From Thermodesulfovibrionales bacterium (lineage in GTDB: Bacteria > Nitrospirota > Thermodesulfovibrionia > Thermodesulfovibrionales > SM23-35), in contig CAVQRT010000007.1 in NCBI GenBank assembly GCA_963715195.1, positions 320,001 to 384,000 on the forward strand: 64,000 nucleotides of DNA, in the 5' to 3' direction. A program made the position numbers and the translations under genes. Positions 53,276-63,088 of this stretch are shown here, piece after piece (positions within the stretch are counted from its first letter, which is position 1; the number at the start of each line of letters is the position of its first letter). Under the pieces are notes generated by a model. The model ran no database searches. It was not told the origin of the DNA and saw nothing but the letters and a program-made list of their open reading frames with translations.

Positions 53276-54583
53276 ATGGCCTTTTCATCATTCAGAGGAG
53301 GAATACATCCTCCTGACAAAAAAGAACTTTCTTCGGAGAAACCGATCTCCGCGACAAAACCTCCGGCCCGGGTCATAATTCCACTCAGCCAGCATCTCGG
53401 GGCACCATGTAAACCAGTCGTCACGATGGACCAGAAAGTGAAAAAAGGAGAAATGATCGGTGAACCAGCTGGCTTTGTCTCGGCACCGGTCCATGCATCC
53501 GTATCAGGCGGGGTGATCGCGATCGGAGAATTCCTCAATGCAATGGGAAGGATGGTGCCTTCTGTTGTGATCGAAAATGATGGGAACGAGGAATGGTCAA
53601 TGCTGAAAGATCATCCTGATTATATGAACCTCTCACCTGATGAGATGAGAGAAAAGATCAGGAACGCCGGGATTGTCGGAATGGGAGGAGCTGCTTTCCC
53701 GACAGTCGTTAAGCTGTCTCCGCCTAAGGAAAAACCCATCGATACAGTTATTCTGAACGGTGCCGAATGCGAACCATATCTGACCGCAGATTACCGGCTG
53801 ATGCTCGAAAAACCATTCGAGGTTGTCGAAGGGCTTAAGGTGCTCATAAAGGTTTTGGGGGTTCAGAGGGGATTCATCGGTATTGAGAACAACAAGCCTG
53901 AAGCTGTAAAATCGCTTAAAAAAGCTGCCCAGGGAGAGAACTCTGTTGAGGTCTGCTCACTTCCTACGAAATATCCTCAGGGTGCTGAGAAGATGCTTAT
54001 TAAAACAATTACCGGCAGGGAAGTTCCCCCGAGGGCACTTCCGATGGATGTCAGGGTGGTTGTTCAGAATATCAGTACTGCAGTCGCTGTCTTTGAAGCG
54101 GTTCGATACGGGAAACCCCTCATAGAAAGGGTTGTAACCGTTACCGGAGAAGGCATTTACCAGCCAAAAAATCTTTTGACAAAAATCGGGACTCTGGTAT
54201 CACAGCTTATTGAGGATTGCGGAGGCATAAAAGGCGAAAATCTGAAGGTGATCTCCGGAGGACCGATGATGGGCTTTGCACTCTCTTCACTCGAAATTCC
54301 TGTTACGAAGGGGACATCGGGCATCGTCGTTCTGGCAGAGAGTGATATTGTGCATATGGAAAGTTTCGGGCCGTGCATCCGCTGCGGCAGGTGCATTGAT
54401 ATCTGCCCGATGGGTTTGATGCCCTCGATGCTCAGCATCTATGCAGAAAAAGGCTTCTATGAAGGAGCAAAAGAATACGGCCTGTTCGACTGTTTTGAGT
54501 GCGGTTCCTGTGCATTTGTCTGCCCGTCGAAAAGGCCGATAGTTCAGCTCATACGTCTCGCAAAATCACAGGTAAAACCATGA
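53276..54583 (+). CDS. rnfC: Rnf complex subunit C
   Basis: FRGGIHP, GMGGAAFP, NGAECEPY and two ferredoxin motifs. Confidence 0.95.
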   Translation: MAFSSFRGGIHPPDKKELSSEKPISATKPPARVIIPLSQHLGAPCKPVVTMDQKVKKGEMIGEPAGFVSAPVHASVSGGVIAIGEFLNAMGRMVPSVVIENDGNEEWSMLKDHPDYMNLSPDEMREKIRNAGIVGMGGAAFPTVVKLSPPKEKPIDTVILNGAECEPYLTADYRLMLEKPFEVVEGLKVLIKVLGVQRGFIGIENNKPEAVKSLKKAAQGENSVEVCSLPTKYPQGAEKMLIKTITGREVPPRALPMDVRVVVQNISTAVAVFEAVRYGKPLIERVVTVTGEGIYQPKNLLTKIGTLVSQLIEDCGGIKGENLKVISGGPMMGFALSSLEIPVTKGTSGIVVLAESDIVHMESFGPCIRCGRCIDICPMGLMPSMLSIYAEKGFYEGAKEYGLFDCFECGSCAFVCPSKRPIVQLIRLAKSQVKP

Positions 54584-54673
54584 TTAAATTCAAAACTGTT
54601 TTGTTCATTTGGAATTATGATTTGTTTAGCCGTTAGATATTTAAATTCAAGATTTAGACTCCTCATGTAATTT

Positions 54674-55669
54674 ATGGAAATTACCAAGAAACCATTTATT
54701 GTCTCGGTCAGTCCGCACATAAGAAGTGACGAGACAACGGCAAGGATCATGTGGAGCGTATCCGCTTGTCTGCTCCCAGCAGCAGTTATGGGAGCATACT
54801 TTTTCGGTCCCAGGGCAGTTTTGACTGTTTCGCTCTGCGTCATTGCATCAGTCCTCTCGGAACACCTGTATCAGAAGGCCCTGAAGAAACCGTCAACAGT
54901 CCGCGACGGCAGTGCCTTTCTTACCGGCCTTCTGCTCGGCCTTAATCTGCCACCTTCAGCGCCTTTTTACCTATCGCTGATCGGATCTTTTGTTGCAATC
55001 ATCATCACCAAACAGCTCTTCGGGGGACTCGGCTACAACATCTTCAACCCCGCCCTTATCGGAAGGGCATTCCTCGTAATCTCATTCCCAAAGCTAATGA
55101 CCGTGTGGAGCGAGCCGACTGCCGCATTCATTCTCCTTGACGCAAAGACCACGGCAACCCCGCTCGGAATTCTCAAAGAAGAGGGGCCTGCAAAGCTGAT
55201 ACAAGTCTTCGGAGATCAGCTAAACCTTTACGCCCAGCTTATTACCGGTCACAGAGCGGGTTCAATCGGAGAGACTTCGGCTGTTGCCCTTCTCATCGGT
55301 GCTGCATTCCTGCTTTATAAGAGATATATCACCTGGCATATACCTTTGTCCTTTCTCGGGACAGCTGCGGTGATCGCGTGGATAATCGGTGGAACGGATT
55401 CACTCTTTACCGGGGATCCCCTCCTGCACCTTTTCAGCGGCGGTATGATTCTTGGGGCTTTTTTTATGGCAACCGATTATGTCACGAGTCCTTCGATGAA
55501 AAGCGGCCAGATCGTTTTCGGAGCCGGATGCGGTTTTCTCACAATGCTCATCCGGCTCAAGGGCGGCTATCCCGAAGGGGTTATGTTCGCCATTCTGATC
55601 ATGAACGCTTTTGCGCCCCTCATCGACAGAGGATTTCAATCAAAATTCTTCGGGGCCGGAAAGAAATAA
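54674..55669 (+). CDS. rnfD: Rnf complex subunit D
   Basis: SPH, GGLGYNIFNPA, TTATPL (FMN threonine) and FFMATD. Confidence 0.95.
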   Translation: MEITKKPFIVSVSPHIRSDETTARIMWSVSACLLPAAVMGAYFFGPRAVLTVSLCVIASVLSEHLYQKALKKPSTVRDGSAFLTGLLLGLNLPPSAPFYLSLIGSFVAIIITKQLFGGLGYNIFNPALIGRAFLVISFPKLMTVWSEPTAAFILLDAKTTATPLGILKEEGPAKLIQVFGDQLNLYAQLITGHRAGSIGETSAVALLIGAAFLLYKRYITWHIPLSFLGTAAVIAWIIGGTDSLFTGDPLLHLFSGGMILGAFFMATDYVTSPSMKSGQIVFGAGCGFLTMLIRLKGGYPEGVMFAILIMNAFAPLIDRGFQSKFFGAGKK

Positions 55670-55684
55670 CCAGAGGGAGATACC

Positions 55685-56257
55685 TTGTCGGGAAAGGATA
55701 TACTGAAAATAACGTTTAACCTTGTTACAATCTATCTCGCTGGTGGATTAATCCTTGCACTCGTTTATGCAAAGACTTCACCGATCATGTACCGGAATGC
55801 TGTTCTGGAAAAGGAGAACGCCTTAAAAATGCTCATACCTGAAGCCGACAGCATTGACAAGCTGGGCGACTGGACGATTCATGACAAGCATGCAGAGTAT
55901 TTTGTCGCAAAAAAAGGAGATGCTGTCGCAGGGTACATTATCCAGTCATTCGGCAAAGGCTATTCAAGCTATATTAATACCCTCATTGCGGTCGATCCCG
56001 ATTTCAAAGTCCGGAAGATCAGTATCCTCGGTCATGCAGAGACACCGGGTCTCGGAGATGAGATTGAAGCAGAAAGCTTTCAGAACCAGTTCATTGGGAA
56101 AGGGCCGGACCATCTGACGGTATTGAAAACGGAGACGACAGACTACATTCAGGCAATTTCCGGAGCAACGATTTCAAGCAGGGCAGTTACCGAAGATGCG
56201 GTGAAAGCAGGACTCGATTTTCTCATAACCACCATGACAGATAAAAGCGAGGAATAA
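55685..56257 (+). CDS. rnfG: Rnf complex subunit G
   Basis: ETPGLG and ISGATISS FMN-binding motif; TTG start. Confidence 0.93.
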   Translation: MSGKDILKITFNLVTIYLAGGLILALVYAKTSPIMYRNAVLEKENALKMLIPEADSIDKLGDWTIHDKHAEYFVAKKGDAVAGYIIQSFGKGYSSYINTLIAVDPDFKVRKISILGHAETPGLGDEIEAESFQNQFIGKGPDHLTVLKTETTDYIQAISGATISSRAVTEDAVKAGLDFLITTMTDKSEE

Positions 56258-56874
56258 TGGTCCAGGGAGAAAAACCTGATTATATTGGGCTCATCAAAGA
56301 TGGCATTTTCAAGGAGAATACCATCTTCAAGCTTGCGCTGAGCCTGTGCCCTTCCATAGCGGTTACGAACAGTCTGCGGAATGGTGTTCTCATGGGAACC
56401 GCCGTCCTTTTTGTTCAGGTAATGGTCAACATTACCATTTCCATGATGAGAAATTTCATTCATCCGAGAATCCGTCTCCCTGTCTTCATGCTCGTCATTT
56501 CAGGGTGGGTCACGGTCACCGATCTGACCATGGCAGCCTTTGCCCAGGATGCATACAAGCAGATGGGTCTCTATATTCAGCTCATCGTTGCCTTTGCATC
56601 AATCCTTGCGCGCGCGGAAATGTTTGCGAGCAAGAACAAGATTGTTCCGTCCCTCTTTGACGGGATCGGGATGGGCCTCGGCTTTCTCTTTGCGCTCACT
56701 ATCATAAGTTTTTTCAGGGAGCTTCTCGGGAAAGGTTCACTGTGGGGTGTTCCGATTATCAACGCAAAGCCTCTCCTCATCATGATCCTCCCGGCAGGCG
56801 GCTTTTTTGCTGTCGGCATTTTGATGGGGTTTTTCAACTGGTTAGGTATGAGAAATGCTGGAAAAAGTCATTAA
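56257..56874 (+). CDS. rnfE: Rnf complex subunit E
   Basis: LSLCPSIAVT, RLPVF and LPAGGF. Confidence 0.9.
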   Translation: MVQGEKPDYIGLIKDGIFKENTIFKLALSLCPSIAVTNSLRNGVLMGTAVLFVQVMVNITISMMRNFIHPRIRLPVFMLVISGWVTVTDLTMAAFAQDAYKQMGLYIQLIVAFASILARAEMFASKNKIVPSLFDGIGMGLGFLFALTIISFFRELLGKGSLWGVPIINAKPLLIMILPAGGFFAVGILMGFFNWLGMRNAGKSH

Positions 56875-57039
56875 TGCGATGCAGGGAATAGTGTTTGAGC
56901 GAATTTTCCTGCCGATAGTCAATTCATACTCAGCTCATAAAGATGCAAAAGCCTCGGAGTTTTCCGATCCCGAAATCATTCGGGACCGGGAAACGAGAAT
57001 GGGCAGCAATACGCTACCTTGCATTGAAGGAATGCGATA

Positions 57040-57627
57040 ATGGAATTTTGGAAACTTTTTGAATTGATTGTCTCAGCATCGCTGATTAATAACTTTGTGT
57101 TCACCCGTTTTCTAGGCCTCTGCATATTTTTTGGCGTCTCCCGGAGAATGGAAACAGCCATCGGCATGAGCATAACCTTCACGGTGGTGATGATGATCAG
57201 CGCAGGACTGAGCTGGCTCATTTTTCAGTACGTCATGATTCCCCTTGATATAACGTTTCTCAAGATTATCATCTTCATCGGTATTGTTGCCGGTTTTGTG
57301 CAGGCCTCAGACACCATCATGAGAAAAATCTCCCCGGGCCTTTATCACAAACTCGGCATATACCTTGCTCTGATATCTACAAATTGCATCATTCTTGCCG
57401 TTCCGCTGATTAACGCAGGGGAACAATACAGTTTTTTTGAAAGTCTTGCTTTTGCCCTCGGTTCAGGCCTCGGGTTTGCGCTTGCACTGATCATCATGGC
57501 AAGCATTCGCGAAAAGCTCGAACTCGCAGATGTTCCGGGTCCGTTCAGGGGAACACCGATCGCGTTTATCGTCACCGGCCTGATCGCCCTCGCATTTTCA
57601 GGCTTTGCAGGGCTTATAAAAATCTGA
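57040..57627 (+). CDS. rnfA: Rnf complex subunit A
   Basis: NNFVFTRFLGLC, LISTNC and AFSGF. Confidence 0.93.
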   Translation: MEFWKLFELIVSASLINNFVFTRFLGLCIFFGVSRRMETAIGMSITFTVVMMISAGLSWLIFQYVMIPLDITFLKIIIFIGIVAGFVQASDTIMRKISPGLYHKLGIYLALISTNCIILAVPLINAGEQYSFFESLAFALGSGLGFALALIIMASIREKLELADVPGPFRGTPIAFIVTGLIALAFSGFAGLIKI

Positions 57628-57637
57628 TGGGGGGGAA

Positions 57638-58774
57638 ATGCTGACGGATATCCTTCAACTGTTGCACCTTCCCGATATCGTTCACTTTCTTGTTCCATAT
57701 GCCGGGGTCGGAGGCGGGGTTGAGGCAAAAGAACATGTGGCGTTAGCGCCGTTAATCAAATACACCCTCATCTTCCTCGCTGCTGTTGGAACCATATTCG
57801 GACTCGGGCTCGCGCTTGCCGCAAAAAAATTTTCTGTAAGGACTAATCCAAAGGTCGAGAAGGTCAAGGAAGTCCTTGCTCATGCTCACTGAGGGGCTTG
57901 CGGGTTCGCAGGGTGCGAACAATACGCGGAAGCAGTTGTCAAAAACCCTGAGGTCCCCCCGAATCTCTGTGTGCCTGCGGGAGCAAGAGGAGCGGAGACA
58001 ATTTCCCGTATCACGGGCAAGAAACCCGTGGCACGGGAGCCAATTTTTGCGCGGGTCATGTGTCAGGGCGGTTGGAGCAGATCTGCAAAAAAATTTGTTT
58101 ATGAGGGAGTTCAGGATTGCAGGGCGGTCATGCTCACCGGCGGTGATAAGGCGTGCAGATATGGATGTCTTGGTTACGGGACATGCGAGCGAGTCTGTCC
58201 GTTCGGTGCAATTACCATGACAGGCGATCATCTCCCCTTCGTCGATATTCAGAAGTGCACCGGGTGCAGAAAATGTGAAGCGGCCTGTCCGACACAAATA
58301 ATCGAAGTTCTTCCGGAATCGAAACAGGTTCTCATTGCATGTCATTCAAAAGACAAAGGTGCCGACACGAAAAGAAGCTGCGAGGTCGGATGTATCGCGT
58401 GCGGGATCTGTGCAAAAATTTGTCCGTTTGATGCACCTTCCATCAAGCATAATCTGTCCGGAATCGATCTGAATAAGTGCACCGTTTGTGGTCTCTGCGT
58501 TCCGAGATGCCCGACAGGAGCAATAACAGAATTTATTCCGCAGCGGCCGAAAGCATTCATTCTCAGTCATTGCACAGGCTGCCGGATATGCGCCGAAGTG
58601 TGTCCCGTGGATGCGCCTTCTGGTCAAGTGCACAAGCTGCACGTCATCGATACGACGAGATGCACCGGTTGCGGTATCTGTACTGTACATTGCCCGGTCC
58701 AGGCTATTGACGGAACATTCAATGTTACCGCGGTCTTTGCCGCTGCGGCACAAAGGAAGCAAGAAGCCGCATAA
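57638..58774 (+). CDS. rnfB: Rnf complex subunit B (polyferredoxin type), predicted selenoprotein read through TGA 57890-57892
   Basis: ORFs 57638..57892 and 57971..58774 are in frame: VLAHAH-TGA-GACGFAGCEQYAEA...NLC; six ferredoxin-type motifs follow. Confidence 0.9.
57904..57920 (+). promoter_or_regulatory. Putative bacterial SECIS element in rnfB
   Basis: GTTCGCA-GGG-TGCGAAC perfect 7-bp stem; loop G 19 nt after the TGA. Confidence 0.7.
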
Positions 58775-58868
58775 AACCCAGATGCTTTGTGCTTTCCAAA
58801 GATAGTCGGTTGTCGGGCACCCCATCTCTCTGATATCATTGTAGAGAAACGAAGGGAGCACCCTTTTC

Positions 58869-60677
58869 ATGGAAGAACTAATCATTCAATTCATTCGGAC
58901 AAATCCGATACTCGCCAACTACAATCTTACAGAACACGATATCAACGAGCTTGCCGTCCTGCTCAGAAAACACTGTATTGCAACCCATGTCGAACACGTC
59001 GTCCGGATGGTCGAAGAGGTCATCAGCATAGATCCAACCATGGAATGGAAGGAGATTCTTGCAGCCGCCGCACAGAAGATTGTCCAATTTCTTCATGCAG
59101 ATGCTGCCTCTATCAGAATTTTTGACCCGGAGACGGAGAAGCTCGTCGCTTTCGGCTCATATCAATACTATTCTGAAACCGGAAGGGAAAAAACAATTCC
59201 TCTTGAAAAGTCTGTCGCAGGCAAGGTAATCCAGAGCGGCAAGAGTTATCTGGTGCCGAATATCCTCAATGAACCCGATTACATGAACAAAGACGTCGTC
59301 AAGGACCTCGGCTTTCACTCACTGATGGCTATTCCGATTGTCATTAAGGGATTTCTCGAACATGAGGCGATCATACAGGGTACTATTCAGCTCTATTATA
59401 AAGAAGCGGACAAAGAATTTGATCCTCTCGAAGTAGCAAATGCAGAACTGATGGCCAGACGGGTCAGTTATGTCCTCGCAAAAAAACGGATCCTGGACCT
59501 CCAAAAATTGAATATCCAGAAAGAAAAAATCGTCGAGAAAATATTTGTAAAGCTCAGTCACCGCGAGGGGATCAAGATGAAAGATGTCTTCCAGATGATG
59601 ATTCCGGAACTGGTCAATATTATTCAGGTACAGAGCTGTACGCTTTTTTCCGTATCGTCTGACAGAAAACATGTTCAGATCGAGCTCGAGTATCCTTCGG
59701 GTCAGGAAATTCATCAGATCTGCTGCACGTATGCAGTGCAGGATCATCCCTATTTTCACGCATTGCTCAATGACACGGAAACACGCGGTGATTTTGAATA
59801 CGAACGCATTACCCAATCGTATATCCTTATCAAGGATCCGCTCAAGAGCAGGCTATCAAACGATGACCTTAAGCGCTATGCATCCCGCAAGAATGTAAAC
59901 TCCGTCCTTCTGATCCCTCTCGCGGCAAAGAATGAAATCAATTATTTTCTGGTCTTCTATGCCAAAGACCGCCGGCAGGAATTTACCGAATACGAGATAG
60001 ACCTCCTCACTTTTTTCGGAAAAGAGATCATGAAGGCACTCAGGATTGAGAAACTGGATGACGTTCTCCATGATTTCAAGAATCCTGCGGTCGCAATCGC
60101 GGGATTTGCAAAAAGAACAAAAAAACTATTGGAAAAGGAAGACATCGAAACTGTAAAGGAAAAGCTCTCAGATTATCTGGATATCATTATTCAGGAGAGT
60201 GTCAGGATGCAGGAGCTTGCCATTTACCCGAACATAGAGGGGCGTGAACGGGAGGTAGATCTGTCCGAGACGCTCGGAAGACGGTTCAGGATCAACAAGG
60301 AATCAATACGGGAGCAGAAAAGGTTGAATATTCATCTCATTGAAGGGGAGCGCGAGCCTGGCCTCAGGATCTATTGTTCCCCACTCGGTCTTGAGCGTGT
60401 ACTCGACAATCTCCTTGATAACGCCACGAAAGCGATTCCTGAGGAAGGAGGCGAGCTGTCAATAAAAAGCTACCGCAGCGGAGATATGGGGGTGTTTGAG
60501 ATCCGGAATACCGGGGAAATACCTGAAGAAAATATCGATCAGATCAGAAAAGGAGAAGTAAAAGGACGCGGTCTTAATATTATTTACCGCTTCATACAGG
60601 CAAATCGTGGAAAGCTCGATGTTTTCACCGAAGATAATTCAACAACCTTCCGTATCATGCTTCCCCTTCGTCCATAA
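58869..60677 (+). CDS. Cytoplasmic GAF-GAF histidine kinase-like protein
   Basis: GAF-like segments, HDFKNP H-box, NLLDNA N-box and atypical G boxes. Confidence 0.8.
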   Translation: MEELIIQFIRTNPILANYNLTEHDINELAVLLRKHCIATHVEHVVRMVEEVISIDPTMEWKEILAAAAQKIVQFLHADAASIRIFDPETEKLVAFGSYQYYSETGREKTIPLEKSVAGKVIQSGKSYLVPNILNEPDYMNKDVVKDLGFHSLMAIPIVIKGFLEHEAIIQGTIQLYYKEADKEFDPLEVANAELMARRVSYVLAKKRILDLQKLNIQKEKIVEKIFVKLSHREGIKMKDVFQMMIPELVNIIQVQSCTLFSVSSDRKHVQIELEYPSGQEIHQICCTYAVQDHPYFHALLNDTETRGDFEYERITQSYILIKDPLKSRLSNDDLKRYASRKNVNSVLLIPLAAKNEINYFLVFYAKDRRQEFTEYEIDLLTFFGKEIMKALRIEKLDDVLHDFKNPAVAIAGFAKRTKKLLEKEDIETVKEKLSDYLDIIIQESVRMQELAIYPNIEGREREVDLSETLGRRFRINKESIREQKRLNIHLIEGEREPGLRIYCSPLGLERVLDNLLDNATKAIPEEGGELSIKSYRSGDMGVFEIRNTGEIPEENIDQIRKGEVKGRGLNIIYRFIQANRGKLDVFTEDNSTTFRIMLPLRP

Positions 60678-60699
60678 CCTCCCGCAAAGCCGGAAAGAT

Positions 60700-61257
60700 A
60701 TGACAATGACTACGGTAATCAATAAGAAAACCCTGTATGAAGGGAAGTTTCTGAAGTTTGTGGTGGCAACCTATACCGACTCACGCGGCATCCGGAGGGA
60801 GTGGGAATTTATCGAGCGCCTCAACTGCAACGGTATCGTTGCTATCGTACCGGTTACGGAAGCCCGGGAAGTTCTTCTTATCCGGCAGTTCCGGCCGCCG
60901 GTAAACCGTCATGTGATCGAATTCCCAGCCGGTCTCAACGATAAAGGCGATTCAATTGTAGAAGCAGCCCGGAGGGAACTCCTCGAAGAAACAGGCTATT
61001 ATGCGGGGGAAATAATTTTTCTTTCGGAAGGTCCTCTGTCATCAGGGGCTTCAGGAGAAATTCTCTCGGTCTATCTTGCACGGGATCTTCAGTTCAAAGG
61101 CACGATCGAACGGGATGAGACCGAAGATATCGAGGTTCTCAGAATACCGGCCGATGCGGTGCCTGAGCGTTTGTCCGCTTACCGGTCACAGGGAGATTTG
61201 GTGGATTTAAAAATTTTGGGACTGCTCGAACTCGCAGAGGAAGCAATGAGACCGTAA
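60700..61257 (+). CDS. NUDIX hydrolase (ADP-ribose pyrophosphatase-like)
   Basis: IRQFRPP and EFPAGL...AARRELLEETG. Confidence 0.9.
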   Translation: MTMTTVINKKTLYEGKFLKFVVATYTDSRGIRREWEFIERLNCNGIVAIVPVTEAREVLLIRQFRPPVNRHVIEFPAGLNDKGDSIVEAARRELLEETGYYAGEIIFLSEGPLSSGASGEILSVYLARDLQFKGTIERDETEDIEVLRIPADAVPERLSAYRSQGDLVDLKILGLLELAEEAMRP

Positions 61258-62472
61258 TCAGCTTCTGGCGGTTACCTTCAGAAACTTCCGTTTGCCGACT
61301 TTGAAGAGGTACTCTCCTGCCGGCAGCTTCGCATCCGGGTCATTGAGTTTCTGTTCATTGACGGTGACACCTCCCTGCTTGATCAGCCTCATCGCTTCGC
61401 CCGTGCTCGGTGTCAGACCTGAAAGCTTCAAAATCTTCGGTACCCACATTTCATGTGCGTCCCAGAAAAGAGCGACCGAAGGGATGTCTTCAGGAAGGCC
61501 TTTCTGCCGGAAAACATGTTCAAACTCATCCCTGACCCGCAGGGCTTCCTCCCTGCTCCAGTACCGTTCAACGATCTCAAGAGCGAGGTTCTCCTTTGCA
61601 CGCTTTGGATGAACAGACCCCGCCTTCAGACCTTCCTTCAGGGAAGAAAGCTCTTCCAATGAAAGATGGCTCAGCAACTCATAATACCTGAGCATGAGAT
61701 CATCGGAAATCGACATGATCTTGCCGTACATCTCCCCGGGCTGTTCGGTAATACCGATGTAATTTCCCAGACTCTTGCTCATTTTTTTCACTCCGTCAAG
61801 ACCTTCAAGCAGCGGCATGAGCACAACGCATTGCGGCTCCTGCCCGTATTCCTTCTGGAGTTCCCTGCCAACGATGAGATTAAATTTCTGATCCGTTCCC
61901 CCGAGTTCCACATCAGCATGCAGCGCCACGGAATCATATCCCTGGATGAGCGGATACATGAATTCGTGAATACCGATAGGATTCTGATTTACCCATCTCA
62001 TCCTGAAATCCTCGCGTTCGAGCATCCGTGCAACGGTATATGTGCTGGTAAGCTGTATCATCTGTGAGGAGGTCATCTGTGACATCCACTCTGAGTTGAA
62101 AACCACCCTGGTCTTTTGGGGATCAAGCATTTTCGATATCTGATCCCGGTAGGTCGCTGCATTCTGAAGAACCTCCCCCCGTGTGAGCGGTTTCCGCATC
62201 TCACTCTTACCGCTCGGGTCACCGATCATCCCGGTAAAATCACCGATGAGAAAGATCACCTCATGGCCGAGCTCCTGGAACTGCCTCATCTTTTCGAGCA
62301 GGACAGTATGACCGAGATGAATGTCCGGTGCGGTTGGATCAAACCCTGCCTTGATTTTCAGCGGCCTCTTTTCGTGGAATGACTGTTCGAGTTTCCGGAG
62401 AAGGTCTGCCTCAACAATGGTTTCGACTGCACCCCTTTTAATGATATCAAGTTGACGCTCCGGTTTCAGCAT
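61258..62472 (-). CDS. tyrS: Tyrosine--tRNA ligase
   Basis: [23 protein letters not shown] and C-terminal S4 domain. Confidence 0.97.
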   Translation of the reverse strand: MLKPERQLDIIKRGAVETIVEADLLRKLEQSFHEKRPLKIKAGFDPTAPDIHLGHTVLLEKMRQFQELGHEVIFLIGDFTGMIGDPSGKSEMRKPLTRGEVLQNAATYRDQISKMLDPQKTRVVFNSEWMSQMTSSQMIQLTSTYTVARMLEREDFRMRWVNQNPIGIHEFMYPLIQGYDSVALHADVELGGTDQKFNLIVGRELQKEYGQEPQCVVLMPLLEGLDGVKKMSKSLGNYIGITEQPGEMYGKIMSISDDLMLRYYELLSHLSLEELSSLKEGLKAGSVHPKRAKENLALEIVERYWSREEALRVRDEFEHVFRQKGLPEDIPSVALFWDAHEMWVPKILKLSGLTPSTGEAMRLIKQGGVTVNEQKLNDPDAKLPAGEYLFKVGKRKFLKVTARS

Positions 62473-62517
62473 GACATGTATGTTAAAATTTGTTCCGGCC
62501 GCAGGTCAAATGCCTGA

Positions 62518-62964
62518 TCAGGATTTGAGCCTCAGTATTCTAAGAAGAATACCGAGATATTTATTGAGCCAATTGCTTCTCTTAAGAAAAGGCAAGACGG
62601 GCGAGCTTCTGATGCCGAGTCTATGCAGTTCACCCGCAATTTCATCGTTCGGGCCATACCTGAGCCCTTCCCGAAAACTTCGAATTGCTTCCTCCCGGTT
62701 CTTCATGAGAAGATAAATCCTCCCAAGATTGAGGTAGTGAACTGAATTCTCAGGTTCCTTGCGGAGGCTTTCTTCACACCATGCGATGCCCCTAGTCGTC
62801 AATCCGCGTTCTTTTGCAATGCAGAATGCCAGATAGGAACGCGCGGACGGGTTGTCTTCTCGTTCAGCCGCCCTCTCGAAGAAACCAAGTGCCAGGAGGG
62901 TATCGCCCTGCCTGAGCGCTTCCGTCCCATTCTTGATGAGGTCTATTCCTTCGCTCTCCGTCAT
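62518..62964 (-). CDS. TPR protein
   Basis: SYLAFCIA...HYLNLGRIY TPR-like helices. Confidence 0.75.
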   Translation of the reverse strand: MTESEGIDLIKNGTEALRQGDTLLALGFFERAAEREDNPSARSYLAFCIAKERGLTTRGIAWCEESLRKEPENSVHYLNLGRIYLLMKNREEAIRSFREGLRYGPNDEIAGELHRLGIRSSPVLPFLKRSNWLNKYLGILLRILRLKS

Positions 62965-63088
62965 ATATGATCTATATAATACCCGAAACCTGCTTCAAAC
63001 TGCAGATATGTTTGCTCTGGTTTATTTTGAGATATGCTAAAATTACAAGAATGCCTGTTTTCAGCACAAAGAGCAGGAGGTGCATACT

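Noticed and set aside
57876..58220. 114-aa ORF suggesting a frameshift in rnfB
   Set aside because: It is an alternative frame with no RnfB motifs; the two true rnfB parts are already in the same frame
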